A stretch of 63,643 nt of DNA from Rhynchobatus australiae (Eukaryota), in contig JAUZTB010000087.1 of the NCBI GenBank assembly GCA_034780895.1, positions 79,054,174-79,117,816 of the forward strand, read 5' to 3'. Position numbers and translations under genes: made by a program. The notes below the pieces were generated by a model. The model was not told where the DNA came from. It saw only the letters and a program-made list of their open reading frames with translations, and did no database searches. The stretch's first letter is position 1. Each line of letters begins with the position of its first letter. Below, piece by piece: positions 27,901-40,104 of this stretch.

Positions 27901-30280
27901 AGGCCACGCGTCTGCTATTTTAAGCCGTGCAACAATCCTTCTCTGAGAATACGCAATTTCAAATTACCTCACACCAGAAAAATTTCATAAACTACTCTGC
28001 TAGACATGCAACCTTGTTAGAGTCATTTGGTGGCATTTATTAGATCTGAACAGTGGCCTTGCATTCTGGGTTCTGGTGCAAATGTTTTCTTTCTTCAAAT
28101 TATCACTTACAGGTGTTCATGAATTGTTCAAACTCTCTGGCACTCTGGGAAGGTTGGGGGAGGAGGGAAGAGCCCTTAATGACTAATTAGATTTCCCAGA
28201 GACACCCCCGTCAAATGGCTTTTAGTCACAGTTTTCATTAACCTCTAACCCAAAAGAAACCAAGGTTTTGACAAAAGAGACAGCTGTCCCCAAGGTTGCA
28301 ACCTTCACTTGAAAGACAATCACTCTGACCGTGGCCAAAAAATGCAGTGAGAAGGTCCAGGATGCCAGGGATGATGGTATCAAGCCATGCAATGATACTT
28401 ACAAGGGAATGTCACAGTTTAAGTGTAACGTAAAGCGATTGCCTGCTGCCCTGTCAACGAGCGCACGGTAGAACTGCAGCAAGCGGCTTTGCCACCCGCA
28501 AAGCACGCTGCTGGCACCCCACGAGGCAGGCGACTAACAGATCAGTTTCCCCTCAGCAGCAAGTAGCTGTCAGTTGTGCTTAGGGGTCTCATTCTTCCGT
28601 CAGAACCCAGCAGGGTTCAAGGACACGGAGTTGAAACTGGATGAAAGCACACCTGATACAAGGTATAGAATTCTAACACACTAACTTGATTTGCCCATAC
28701 TGTACTGAAAGAATAAGTCCACGCAAATCACCAAAACAGAGATTTAACATCAGGACTCAGCGAGGCAGACTCCTGTGGAACAAGCTTGAAGACTTCTTTC
28801 ATCAGTTCTGTCAGATTAAAATTCATGTGCTAACCTTTGTCAAAAACTTCTAGGATGCTTTCAGCTTCAACCAGTAGCCCACCTACTGTGCAATGTGCAC
28901 ATGCGCCTTAATGTCATTTCAATGTTTCACAATCATCAAACAAGCAGAATGCTCCCTGCCCTACTAAAGTAAAAGAGCCATCAAGTCTGGAAATATAGTT
29001 ATTATAATTGTAATATGGATACAAATGGTTCATGTTCTAAATGAAAGAGACTAAGAATGAATTTTCAATAATTGATGTTTTCAGCACAAAGCAGAATCTG
29101 TAGGTGCATCTTCTTAAATATGGTGGATCTGACTAGCAATGAGCTCCAACACAAAATCATTGATAAGCCAGTGGAAAACATGATTCCAGCTAAATTTGAT
29201 GGTCCCCAAAGATAGGCACAGGAAATGCAATTAAGTTCTGTCCATTGTAATGCATGTAGCAGGCAAATTGCATGCTACCTTCTTAGAATGACTTCAGCAT
29301 CAAGCCAGCACTAGCCTGAGGGAGTGGAATCACTTTTGATTCCAATTCAGGCAGTGTTGACATGTAGTAGCCGAAAATTTATGTGAATGTACTAAATGAC
29401 ACAGTGCACTATGGAAAAGCCCACAGTCCTCGCCGAGCTGTGCTCCCTCCATCTGTTCTCCAGTGAGAATGAAATGAAGCTAACTCTTTGAATAGAAATA
29501 GTGGCCTACGTTGGGCAACAATAATTGGAAAACTGAAATCTGTTGCAATATCTCCACCTTCAGCCCGGAAGTAAGGAGATACGCTAAATTTCATTGCCAA
29601 TGTTATCTGGCATCAACCAGATAACCGATGTTATCCGGTATCAACCAAATACATCCTTGCTTTGCTCTGAGTTTACAATTGGAGCCATTNNNNNNNNNNN
29701 NNNNNNNNNNNNNNNNNNNNNNNNNNNNNNNNNNNNNNNNNNNNNNNNNNNNNNNNNNNNNNNNNNNNNNNNNNNNNNNNNNNNNNNNNTTTATGGCATG
29801 TAAAGATGACGCCTAAAGTGTAATTAAAACCAATAGAAACATTCATACTCGAATTTGTAAGACTTGAGTCATCTACTTGTGGAGAATCGGTTTTCCACGG
29901 TTAGTATTAAAATCGGATTCTGTACTTGGAACAAGGTTGGACATGTGTTCATTTTCACTTGGGTCACACTTCATGGGTAAAGTTGCCAAGCTGCTAAACA
30001 GCTCTTGCAAAATGATGATGCAATCTTCGAATGAATTCAAAATCAAAAAGCTTCCACATGCCAATTATAAGATACAAGGTAAGACGGTGAAAACTTCAAA
30101 CAAACCAGCTACAGCATCTTCCACCCATGGATTCAGCTGTAGGAAATGTCACTCATTCAGCATCCTCACAAGGCAGGCTCAGGCAACAAATATTCGAAGT
30201 GAGCTGCGGTGCTGTTGCTTAATGCTATGCTCTCTACCTCTAATGTGGTATACTTCCCCAGCAGTAATGTACTGAACAGT

Positions 30281-30597
30281 TTAGAATCAGAATCATACAG
30301 TACAGAATCACCACCTTACCCCATTGAGACTGTACTGACCATTATTGCCACTTACACTAATCCCATTTTCTTCTCCCCATCAACTTCTGCACACTCAGGG
30401 CAATGTACAATGGTTAATTTAACCTCCCCAACCCACATGACTTTGGGACGTGGGAGAAATCAGAGTACTTGGAGGAAACCTGCACTGTCACAGGAAGAAC
30501 GTGCAAACTCCACACAGACGGCCCCAGAGGTCAGGAGTGAGCCCCCTGGTCGCTGGTGCTGTGAATCAGCAACTCTACCAGCTGCACCACGATGCCC
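30281..30597 (-). mobile_element. Diverged V-SINE with a CR1-like tail
   Basis: Antisense V core ctttgggacgtgggagaaatcagagtacttggaggaaacc...gaagaacgtgcaaactccacacagac; tail agaatcagaatcatacagtacag. Confidence 0.8.
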
Positions 30598-33500
30598 CCT
30601 ACAGTTTGGACACCGAAGCTTCAGAGGTCTATCCAAAGTGATACTCGGTGGTGAAATAGAACCAGTTATTTTCAAGGTGAATCAAATAGGGAAAAGCAAT
30701 AGGAACATTTCACGGCACACCAGAGGTACAAACTAAAACACAACCAAAGGCANNNNNNNNNNNNNNNNNNNNNNNNNNNNNNNNNNNNNNNNNNNNNNNN
30801 NNNNNNNNNNNNNNNNNNNNNNNNNNNNNNNNNNNNNNNNNNNNNNNNNNNNAAGGCAGAGAAAGCAACATGTTTTTTTCTTCTAGTGCTGAAATCTGAA
30901 GAAGCAAGACCATTCTATTTTCTTGCAATGAAACCAGTAAGTAAAAATCACTTTAGCACTTGGTCAGCAAGCAGGTAGAATTACATCAAAAAACAACTTA
31001 TGATTCCAAATTAAAAGTTAGCTCCTTCTGAAACTTGGATTCATGTTTAAACCACTGAGGAACGTTGGCTTGAGCTTTTCATGTAGTTTCACAGATTAAC
31101 TGGAATGGCATTCTCAAAGGTGAAGCTTTCATGGCCAATTGCACAACATAATCCTTGGGAAATGGATAGAGTGCATGCATAAATGCGTATCACAAGGCAG
31201 CACTTACAAAGTATTTATCCTCAGATGGGTCTGACCAGCAGTCCTCTGGAGGTTAAAAACATTTTTCTGGTTCCAGTCCAAGTTATAATAAAGTATTTAG
31301 CGGAACACAGCCGAAGATGATTAATGGTGTTACAGAAACTTTGAGAGCTTCCCCTGCCCCTCACCACCACATTCATGCCACTTTTAAATGTCACAACATG
31401 CAAAATTAATAATGCAATTTAAATGTGCCTGAGACACACAACTATACATAACTCTGACAGCAGGTGCCCACTTCCACACAATCCTTTGCTGTTGACAGAT
31501 GCAAGACTAAAATTAAAAAGGACGTCCAGTTAAAATATTTAATATTCAAAATAATCTACTCAGGTTTCACCACAGGGAGATCATCACTCTTCCATTTAAC
31601 CCCACAGATTAATTCTGCATGCTATTTAACAATCACAAAGAAGTAAATTAATGTGAAAGTTGGAGGCTTGGTACTATGTTTACAAATGGAAAGTCACTTT
31701 TCTCAACTTTTTGATGGTTCTCTTAAAAAAAAGTAATGAAATCTCCAATCAACAGCCAAACTAGTGCACACTGCAATAATCTGTATCATGTCATATTATG
31801 AAAGCAAGCATGGGTGCAAACAGGGGAACCCAGAAGGAAATGAAAATTGAAAAAAAACTGCAGATGCTGGAAATCTGAAATAAAAACAGAAGATGCTGGC
31901 ATCTGTTCAGAGGGAGTGACAGTGAAGTCAGATAACTAAATTTGTCAGAATGGCTGGATTGATTTGAATGAAATTACAGTTTGAAAGGTTCAGATTAAGC
32001 TCTGGCCAAGAACCGAAAAGGCTGGCCTGGTGTCACTCGAGACCTGGCGTTGGAAGATTGGCTATGGAGCCTAAGTGTCTAGCTGGTAGGGACAACGCCG
32101 GCAACATAATAAAGTTACCAGATAACAGCATAGAATTTCCCCTCACAGACCAATCAAAGGATGAGATCTTTAGTTCTGTGCTTTGCAAAGGCTAAAATGA
32201 TCTCATCAAAATAACAGAAAAACAATTTAATGATAAAAAATTTCAAAACAAATTCCTTCATATATCATAACTGGAGTTTTCTGCAATTAACACAAGTATC
32301 CCAGCCAGAGGAGGCAATTGCATCCATTCTACTAGACTGTACCGTGTTCGATACGTTAGCAACCCTGCAACAGGTGTCAAAAACAGTAACCAGCAGTGGG
32401 AGAGAAGGAGGTGAAGGCAAAGACAGTGTAGGATCAGTGCAGGATAAGGAACAGAAGTGACAGATCATGCACAGTGGTTTCTTTGAATTTCAAGGAAAAT
32501 TGGAGGGTATCAAAGATCACAAAAATCCTAAATTCCACACATCCCAATATATCCCGGCTCTTTAATCATAGTAACCATCCACCAATTAACAAGTACAGAG
32601 ACACCATTCCTGGGATTTGTTACTTTCTCACATTAATAACAAACAAGGAAATTTGGATTACTTTAACTACATCTGATTTGTGTTGTGTCAGGAACAGAAT
32701 ACTGTAATGTTTTGTTCCTCAACCCTAGTCCATAATGCAGAACCCCGCACAAACAAAAGCAACTTTACTGAAGTTTCTCAAGATCTATCAGATAATTGAA
32801 CGTGTCAGTCAGAAAAATCAAAATCAAAGCTAAACAGTTACGTCTCAAACATTTGAGAAAATTTGCAAGAAGGCCTTGTCTATCATGTAGTCACTGACAT
32901 CTAACACCAGAGAGACAGCAAGATAACCTAAATGTGGACTATCATTCTATTAGAGATATATTTTTGCTCAAAATGCCACAAAAGTAAAATGATTCAGGCC
33001 AATTTTACACTAAGTTATTCCAAACTGCACAGAATTTGTTCCCAAATTACAGAGTTCACCTTGCACATTGCTCACTGACTTTATGTTGCTTCAACAACTT
33101 TGACACCAGATCAAATGTAGCTGGTTACAATTTTTCCATCATCTCCAATTTCAAAACCCTGGAGGGTATCAAGTCATTTATGGTGAAAACTAAGAAAAAA
33201 ATGTGCTCTCTTTGTGGACCATCTTCAAGAAATCAAGTACTAAACACATTTTTGCATTGATGCACAGTTTTTTCACCCTCGAAGAAGCATAATATGGCAA
33301 AGCATGGTGATGAAAATTATACGCCATGATTCTAGTTTTTCTCCTTCTCTGGTTTTTCAAACACTTATTCATGGTTTCCCTTCGTCAAATGAAAATTCAT
33401 GAAAGTGATCCTCATGACTCACTGGTTCACACAACTGCGTGCGAGACAGATACAAGCAGAAACACTTAGTTCAATCCCCACCCTGTGCAGCACACCAGGA

Positions 33501-33689
33501 GTGCCGCAATTGGATCAAGTACTCCAGTCCAGGGACACAAAGCTCAAGTTTCCCTTGCTGATTCAAATCCAGTGACTTCAAGTAAAAGGTGTAACGTTCA
33601 ACAGTACTGTGCTCAAATACAAGGCCTTCCAACAAATTTAAAACTTGGTATAAACAAATTTACACCATTTTTTCAATTTGATAACAATG

Positions 33690-34250
33690 ACCCAAAGCAC
33701 TTCTCTGGAAGGGTGACAAAATCTAATACTGAACTATACAAGGAGTTACCAGGACAAATGACCAAAAGGTGTAGATTTTAAGCAACAAGATGTTGCTTAA
33801 AATGAAAAGGCGAGTGAGATGAAGAGGTGACAAGAAGGGAAATTCAGACCTTTACAGTTAAAGGCACGGCAATCATTGTCAAAGGACTAAAAATCAATGA
33901 TAAATTGAGAGACCAGAACCAAAGGAGCAGATCTTGGCTAGAAAATATTGCAGAGATAGGGGAGGATGCAATGGAAGAGAGTTTTCTTTAAGTGAGACTG
34001 CCAGACTGGGAGCTAGTGTCACTCTCCAAGTTCAGGGGTAAAAATTAAACAGGATTTGTTGAGAATTAGGGTACAGGCAGCAGTTAGTTAAGCTAAAATT
34101 TATCTGAGGCAGAAGGTAGGAGGCCAGCCAAGAACTCACTGGAACAGTCAATTCTAGGACATTGCAAGGACATGGATGAAGGTTTCAACAGTGGCAGTGT
34201 CAACTCACCAATGTTAAAGATGGTAGTGGGTAGCCATGTGATGGTGGATT
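33690..34250 (-). mobile_element. Ancient L2-like LINE remnant
   Basis: cccaaagcact...ggacaaatgaccaaaag...gattttaagc...agggaaattcag...aaaggcacggc resembles an antisense L2 3' region; heavily diverged. Confidence 0.45.
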
Positions 34251-34597
34251 AAAGCGTGCTACTGATCAAAGACAATTTGAACCAGCCTATCCAATATTTG
34301 GCTGATGACAATCTCTTCTTATCCAGAACTGGGTGATAGAGAAGTCACGTGGTCAAACCAAAAGGCAGCAGAGGAAGCAAAAGGTGGAGATGAGAGCGTA
34401 CTGGGCATGGAGACTCGTGTGTTTTTGGATTGCAATTTTTGGATTGTCAAATATTAGTGTGTGAATTACAAATGGACGGGGTATGAGGATTGATCCTTGG
34501 AGAATGACTAATGCCAGTGAACGTGGGCAGAGGGAGAGGGAGATGGGATGAAATTGGCTGCTGATAATAAAACACTCACATACAGGGCTCATTTGAA

Positions 34598-35430
34598 GAC
34601 CATAAGAAACAGGAACAGGTGGAGATCATTCAACCCCTCAAGCCTGCTCCAGCATTCAATGAGATCGTCACGGCTGCTCCAACTTTTACGAAGTCCATTT
34701 TCCTAACAATTCCCATAACTCTCAATTTCTTTACTGATTAAAAATCCATCTCAGCTTCAGATATACTTAAGGATTAGGCCTCTGCAGGTTTCTGGGCAAG
34801 AATTTCAAAAGACTCTCAATACTTTGAGATAAATTCTTCCTCATCTCAAATTCTTAAACAGGCACCACCTTATTCATAGGCCAAAACCTCTGGCCCTCGA
34901 CTCTCCAGAGGGGAAATGTTTACCCAGCATTTAAGTCCCCTATGTTTCAGTAAGATCATCTCTTATTCTTCTACACTCCAATCACTACAGACTCAACCTG
35001 CTCAACATTGCCTCCTACGACAATCCCTCCCTACCAGAGATTATCCAAGTAATTGTTTCCTGAACTGCCCCTCAGTGATTGTATATTTTTCCTTAAATCA
35101 AGGAACTAAAATTGTGCACAGTATGCTCACTGGGGCCTTGCAGTGTTGTTATAACTTGATACACCAAACTCCTTAAACTAAAAGCCAGCATTCTTTCATA
35201 TCTTTACCTGCTTCAATTATAATGCTTGCTTTATTCTGTGTTTGCAGGATTGCAAATTCGTTTGTGCTGCAACTTTCTGCACTCAATGTAAATATTCATT
35301 TTATCATTCTCCCAAAGTGAACCTCTTCACATTTTCCCCACATAATACTCAATCTGCCAACTTATTGCCCACTCATTTAACATACCATCAATACCTCTCA
35401 GTAACCGGTTTGCATCCTCTTCACAGCTTG
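34598..35430 (-). mobile_element. Old CR1 LINE remnant
   Basis: Tail gaccataagaaacaggaacagg...aagcctgctccagcattcaatgagatc; also aaattcttcctcatctc and cacattttccccacataatactcaatctgccaa. Confidence 0.65.
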
Positions 35431-38400
35431 TTTCCCCCCACCCCACCCCCATCTGTAAGTTTGTTCCTTTGAACTTCCACGTAACATGGGCTATAAAGAC
35501 CATGTTAAGAACTTTCTCTCGAGAGAAGATGTGAAAGTTGTGAGGATGAGGGATAAAAACTAAAAACAATTCCATTTATTTCCTCAATCAGATTTGTTTT
35601 TACAATCCAATTCAGTTAGGTCAGCGTGTTCAAGTATCAGTATCTCTGAAATCATTTAGCTGAACACTTCAACATCAAATTTATGCTCACGATGCCACGA
35701 AAGCACCAGCCAAAAGTACAAAAGGACCAATACCTTCCCAAGGCTTTCAAGAACTAAATGGCATGAATTCTCAAGTACACATCTAAACAATGGATTAGAT
35801 CAAAGGAATAGTGGTTTTAAATACACGTGTTGTAATGTTTCAACTGCAAACTGATTCCTCCAAAACCACTAGTCATGATTAATATTAGCACAAGAAAATC
35901 TCACGTATGCATTCCAGGAATGGCAACTGTAAATACATTGTTAACCCACGCATGGAGGGCACAATACACATGCCTTTGCACCTGACCAGAGGAAGGTCCA
36001 ATTACACCAATCAATCTCTTCTGTTACATTCTGGAGACTCAATACAAATTCAGAAATGCTTGAAATAAAAACAAAATGGCAATCCAATTTTATCCCTCTT
36101 TGGAAAAAAAAGGAAATCAAATCCAAGATTTCAGATAGATAAGGTTTATTTTTCGTGTCTTTGAATATCGCCACACTATGGCCTTTACTGGCCTACTTTC
36201 CTGAACATACCTCACATGACTGATCATTCAGTCAAGAGATCCCCCTGCAGTGCATCTGAATGTAGTTTACATATAAACAGAAAATTATTCCAAAACCACA
36301 CAGTCTAAGACACACTATGTTTTCAAATCCTTTTTACCATTAACTATCACATTTACATCAAACCTGGAACTTCATGAAACCATACGCAGGTATCATAAGC
36401 AAATAAAAATGTTCCTTTTAAATCCTATTCCAACTTCCATCATATTTTATTATCTTGCATCTGATGCAACTTCTTTATTTTCCCTGTTCCAAGTGCCAAA
36501 GGCTACAAGGTCTTAAAGTAAAAGAAAACATATATTTGAGTACGTTTGATTGGTTCTATGAAAATGAAAGTATTTGTTTTTAAAACATTGCAGCTGGATA
36601 AGTGAGTTTANNNNNNNNNNNNNNNNNNNNNNNNNNNNNNNNNNNNNNNNNNNNNNNNNNNNNNNNNNNNNNNNNNNNNNNNNNNNNNNNNNNNNNNNNN
36701 NNNNNNNNNNNNNNNNNNNNNNNNNNNNNNNNNNNNNNNNNNNNNNNNNNNNNNNNNNNNNNNNNNNNNNNNNNNNNNNNNNNNNNNNNNNNNNNNNNNN
36801 NNNNNNNNNNNNNNNNNNNNNNNNNNNNNNNNNNNNNNNNNNNNNNNNNNNNNNNNNNNNNNNNNNNNNNNNNNNNNNNNNNNNNNNNNNNNNNNNNNNN
36901 NNNNNNNNNNNNNNNNNNNNNNNNNNNNNNNNNNNNNNNNNNNNNNNNNNNNNNNNNNNNNNNNNNNNNNNNNNNNNNNNNNNNNNNNNNNNNNNNNNNN
37001 NNNNNNNNNNNNNNNNNNNNNNNNNNNNNNNNNNNNNNNNNNNNNTCCTTCATCAGACGCATCAAACAATGCTGCTTGACCTGCATTGTTTGATCCATCT
37101 GATGAAGGATGCCTGACCAGAAAGCTGCTATTGTTTCAAGTTTTGTCCTGAAGTAGTATGCTATAAATAGCTCAGAGTAAGAAATGTTTGAAAGTTTACA
37201 TAGTTCTGCTCATTTTTTTTTATTAAATCTGAAATTCCATCCTCTATTATTCTATGTAACAACAAGGTAAAGAGAAAATGATTCACCCAAGATGAAACTT
37301 TGTGGCACAGTTAATGGATGGTCAATGTTCATGAACAGGTGTCTGCATATGTGTACATGATGAGCAACACTATTTAATAACTTTTGGCCACCAGACAGAA
37401 AAAAAAGTATTAGTGCAATCATTTGCTTCTTATTCTTTCCATCTATACGGCTACTAGCACCACTTCAAGAAGCTGCATTCAATCTAATATGGAACCCAAG
37501 GATGCTAGAAAAAAAGTTTCAGACGATTCTTTAAAAAGGAAAAAGCAATTAGTTGTTACTAACTTTGTGATTTGATTGATGTATTTAACTTATTTTTTTA
37601 AAATTCTCTATTGTTTTTATTGAGAGCTCAATTCTCAAAAAATAAATTTCGTGTTTCAGAATTTTTATTCAGTTCTCTTAAAAAAAATCAGAATTAAACA
37701 ACCAGCTTAAATTACAGCTAACCATGAAGCCATCAGGTTGTTACGTGGGATTTAAACTCTGCATTATCAGACCATTTTTATAACAGCTACACTCCTAGTT
37801 TGCTTTCCCAAATACTGCAGGTAATTGCCAGATCTCACATAGTGGTCAATTATACTCATCTTATCTGCACTGAACTATCCACCACCAGTAGGACAACAGT
37901 ACAAACACAAGGTGGCTTTGGCTACTGATCCAAAATGCTATATTGCAAACATTTTCGTTATCATCAGTCATACTTGTTTGTGATGAATCCTCCACGTATC
38001 CACCGGATGGTTGATAGCTGGGGCTCCTAAATGTAGAAGGATTACCAAGGCAAGAGCAGAAGGATGTATTGCTATTTTTGAGATTAACTCCAATACCCTC
38101 ATCATAGTTGGAAACATAGGGACATGGAGGGTGTTTGGGTGAAAGCGAGGTAGGAAAGAAAATACAACTTTTGAGAACCAAACTATACGTTTGAATTGAT
38201 TCATGTTTGTTCATTAGCCAGTTTTTGGATCAAACTGATGTCCTAACACTTTTGTATCAACTAGCCTCACTGCAAGGCTATTCACATTCTATGTTTCACT
38301 GTTTTGGGTCTTATTCCAGGAAGTATTTAGAAATGACCTTTGTATTCTAAACAACTGGCAGATCATCTCTTGATATACAAACTGTGCTGTGTTTACTCAG

Positions 38401-39953
38401 ATCACATTTCACATACCAAAGCTACTGACTGTCAGGATTAAATTATGGCTGTTAACATAACCATCATTCTCACACAATGCCAATTTATTGGCAAGGCACA
38501 AGTCTTAATTTTTCTTAAAATCCATTGTGCTTTAGCTACATTGCCAAAGACTCTAGGTAGTGTGAATGAACAGTCTGAGTAATGCATATTGCAAGAACTT
38601 GGTTTTAATTTTAGAAAATTAATTTAAACTAGGTATTTTAAGTCAGGCTGCAGCATGCAAGCAAAAATTTGGTAGAGTATTATTAGAAGAAAAATGCTTG
38701 TGCTCACTGCATTTTATTTGAAGGATTCACACCACATTGATACGTGGAAAATCCATGGTTTACCCTGACAACAAAAGCTTCCACTACAATATGGAACTGA
38801 GCCAACTGCTTCAGATTAAATTGAGGTCTCCTGTTCCAGCTGTCGTTACCATTAGAAGATAATGGCAGTTTCAGGAAACCAGCCTTTCACTATGTGCTAA
38901 TGCCAGCAGTCTCAGATTCATAAAAAGAAATGGCCAGCTCATTTACTAATCATTACTGACAAGCATTAAAATAAAAACGTTTACTTATTTGGTCAAAAGA
39001 CTAAATCAAGGGAAAATGGATAGCTTTAATAGACAGCAGGCGTCTTGCTCTGATCACTATAAATCACAATCAATACGAGCAGTGGTACTGCAGTATTCCA
39101 ATTGCAGCATATTTCACTGTTGATGAATTTAGTCCAATGAGAATCTCAAGCAGTAAACTGTTGGATGAGCATAAAGCAGCACTGGCAGCAAACACATTCT
39201 GAGCCTTCAGCTGGTTGACTGAAAACAATCTGCCATTGTTGAACAGTCTGCATATGTGCGCTCTCCAAACTTAAACAAAAAACTCAATGAGTTGTTTGGA
39301 GCGACCTCTGGAATCAAGGAAAATTAGAGTCAGTGGAAAAGCTCTGGACAATATTGATACAAAGCATGGAGTTACAATGATTATAAATCTTACTGTAACA
39401 TTATCTGTGTTGCAATAACTAGCATGATCATCAAGCAATATAAAATGGAAGTCCACGAGGGCCACCAGATCGGATCTGACTGTAGTACCTGTAACATATC
39501 AGCAAGCAACTTGCAACACATCAGAAGGTTTGATGTTACACAAGAGTAAGGGTTTCTGTGCTCTGATAATGCTGAGCGATTCAGTTTTCTTTTCACTCAG
39601 TTTGCAGCATCATTAAAAGCCACTGGATTCAAACTCTCTTCTATGGAATGAACATGTGATCCAAACTGGCATTTGAGTGCAGTTAAAACAAAAACACAAG
39701 TTTGTATTTACACAGCACCTTTCACATTCTTAATTCATCCCAAACATTTTGAGGGCATTTAATTAATTTGGTTCATTGTTTAGTGGACAGAACTACTCAG
39801 AGTTCTGCACTATTAGGTCTGACAACCTGAAGAGGTGGGGGGAGGGGGCATTAAACCCATCAGTTTGTTCAGATGATGATCAAAAATTCTCTGCAAAAAA
39901 AGAGAGGGCAGACTTCCCAAGTCCAGGCCAGAATTCTTCCATCGAAGCTGGCA

Positions 39954-40104
39954 GGCACGGTAGTGTAGAAGTTGGCGTAGCGTTTTACAGTGTTAGTGAC
40001 CCAGGTTCAATTCTGGCCACTGTCTGAAAGGAGTTTGTACGTTCTCCCCATGTCTGCGTGGGTTTCCTCCGGGTGCTCTGGTTTCCTCCCACATTCCAAA
40101 GACG
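39954..40104 (+). mobile_element. V-SINE 5' part running into a gap, with a candidate 8-bp TSD
   Basis: Head ggcacggtagtgtag, B-box ggttcaattc, V core gtttgtacgttctccccatgtctgcgtgggtttcctccgggtgctctggtttcctcccacattccaaagacg; tcgaagct occurs at 39942-39949 and 40617-40624. Confidence 0.88.

Noticed and set aside
36574-37116. Long ORFs in the track here and at 39990-40775, 60604-61356 and 62716-63364
   Set aside because: They are open only because they run through N gaps.
39954-40030. tRNA gene
   Set aside because: The A/B-box-like head continues directly into a V-SINE body, so it is a SINE and not a tRNA gene.
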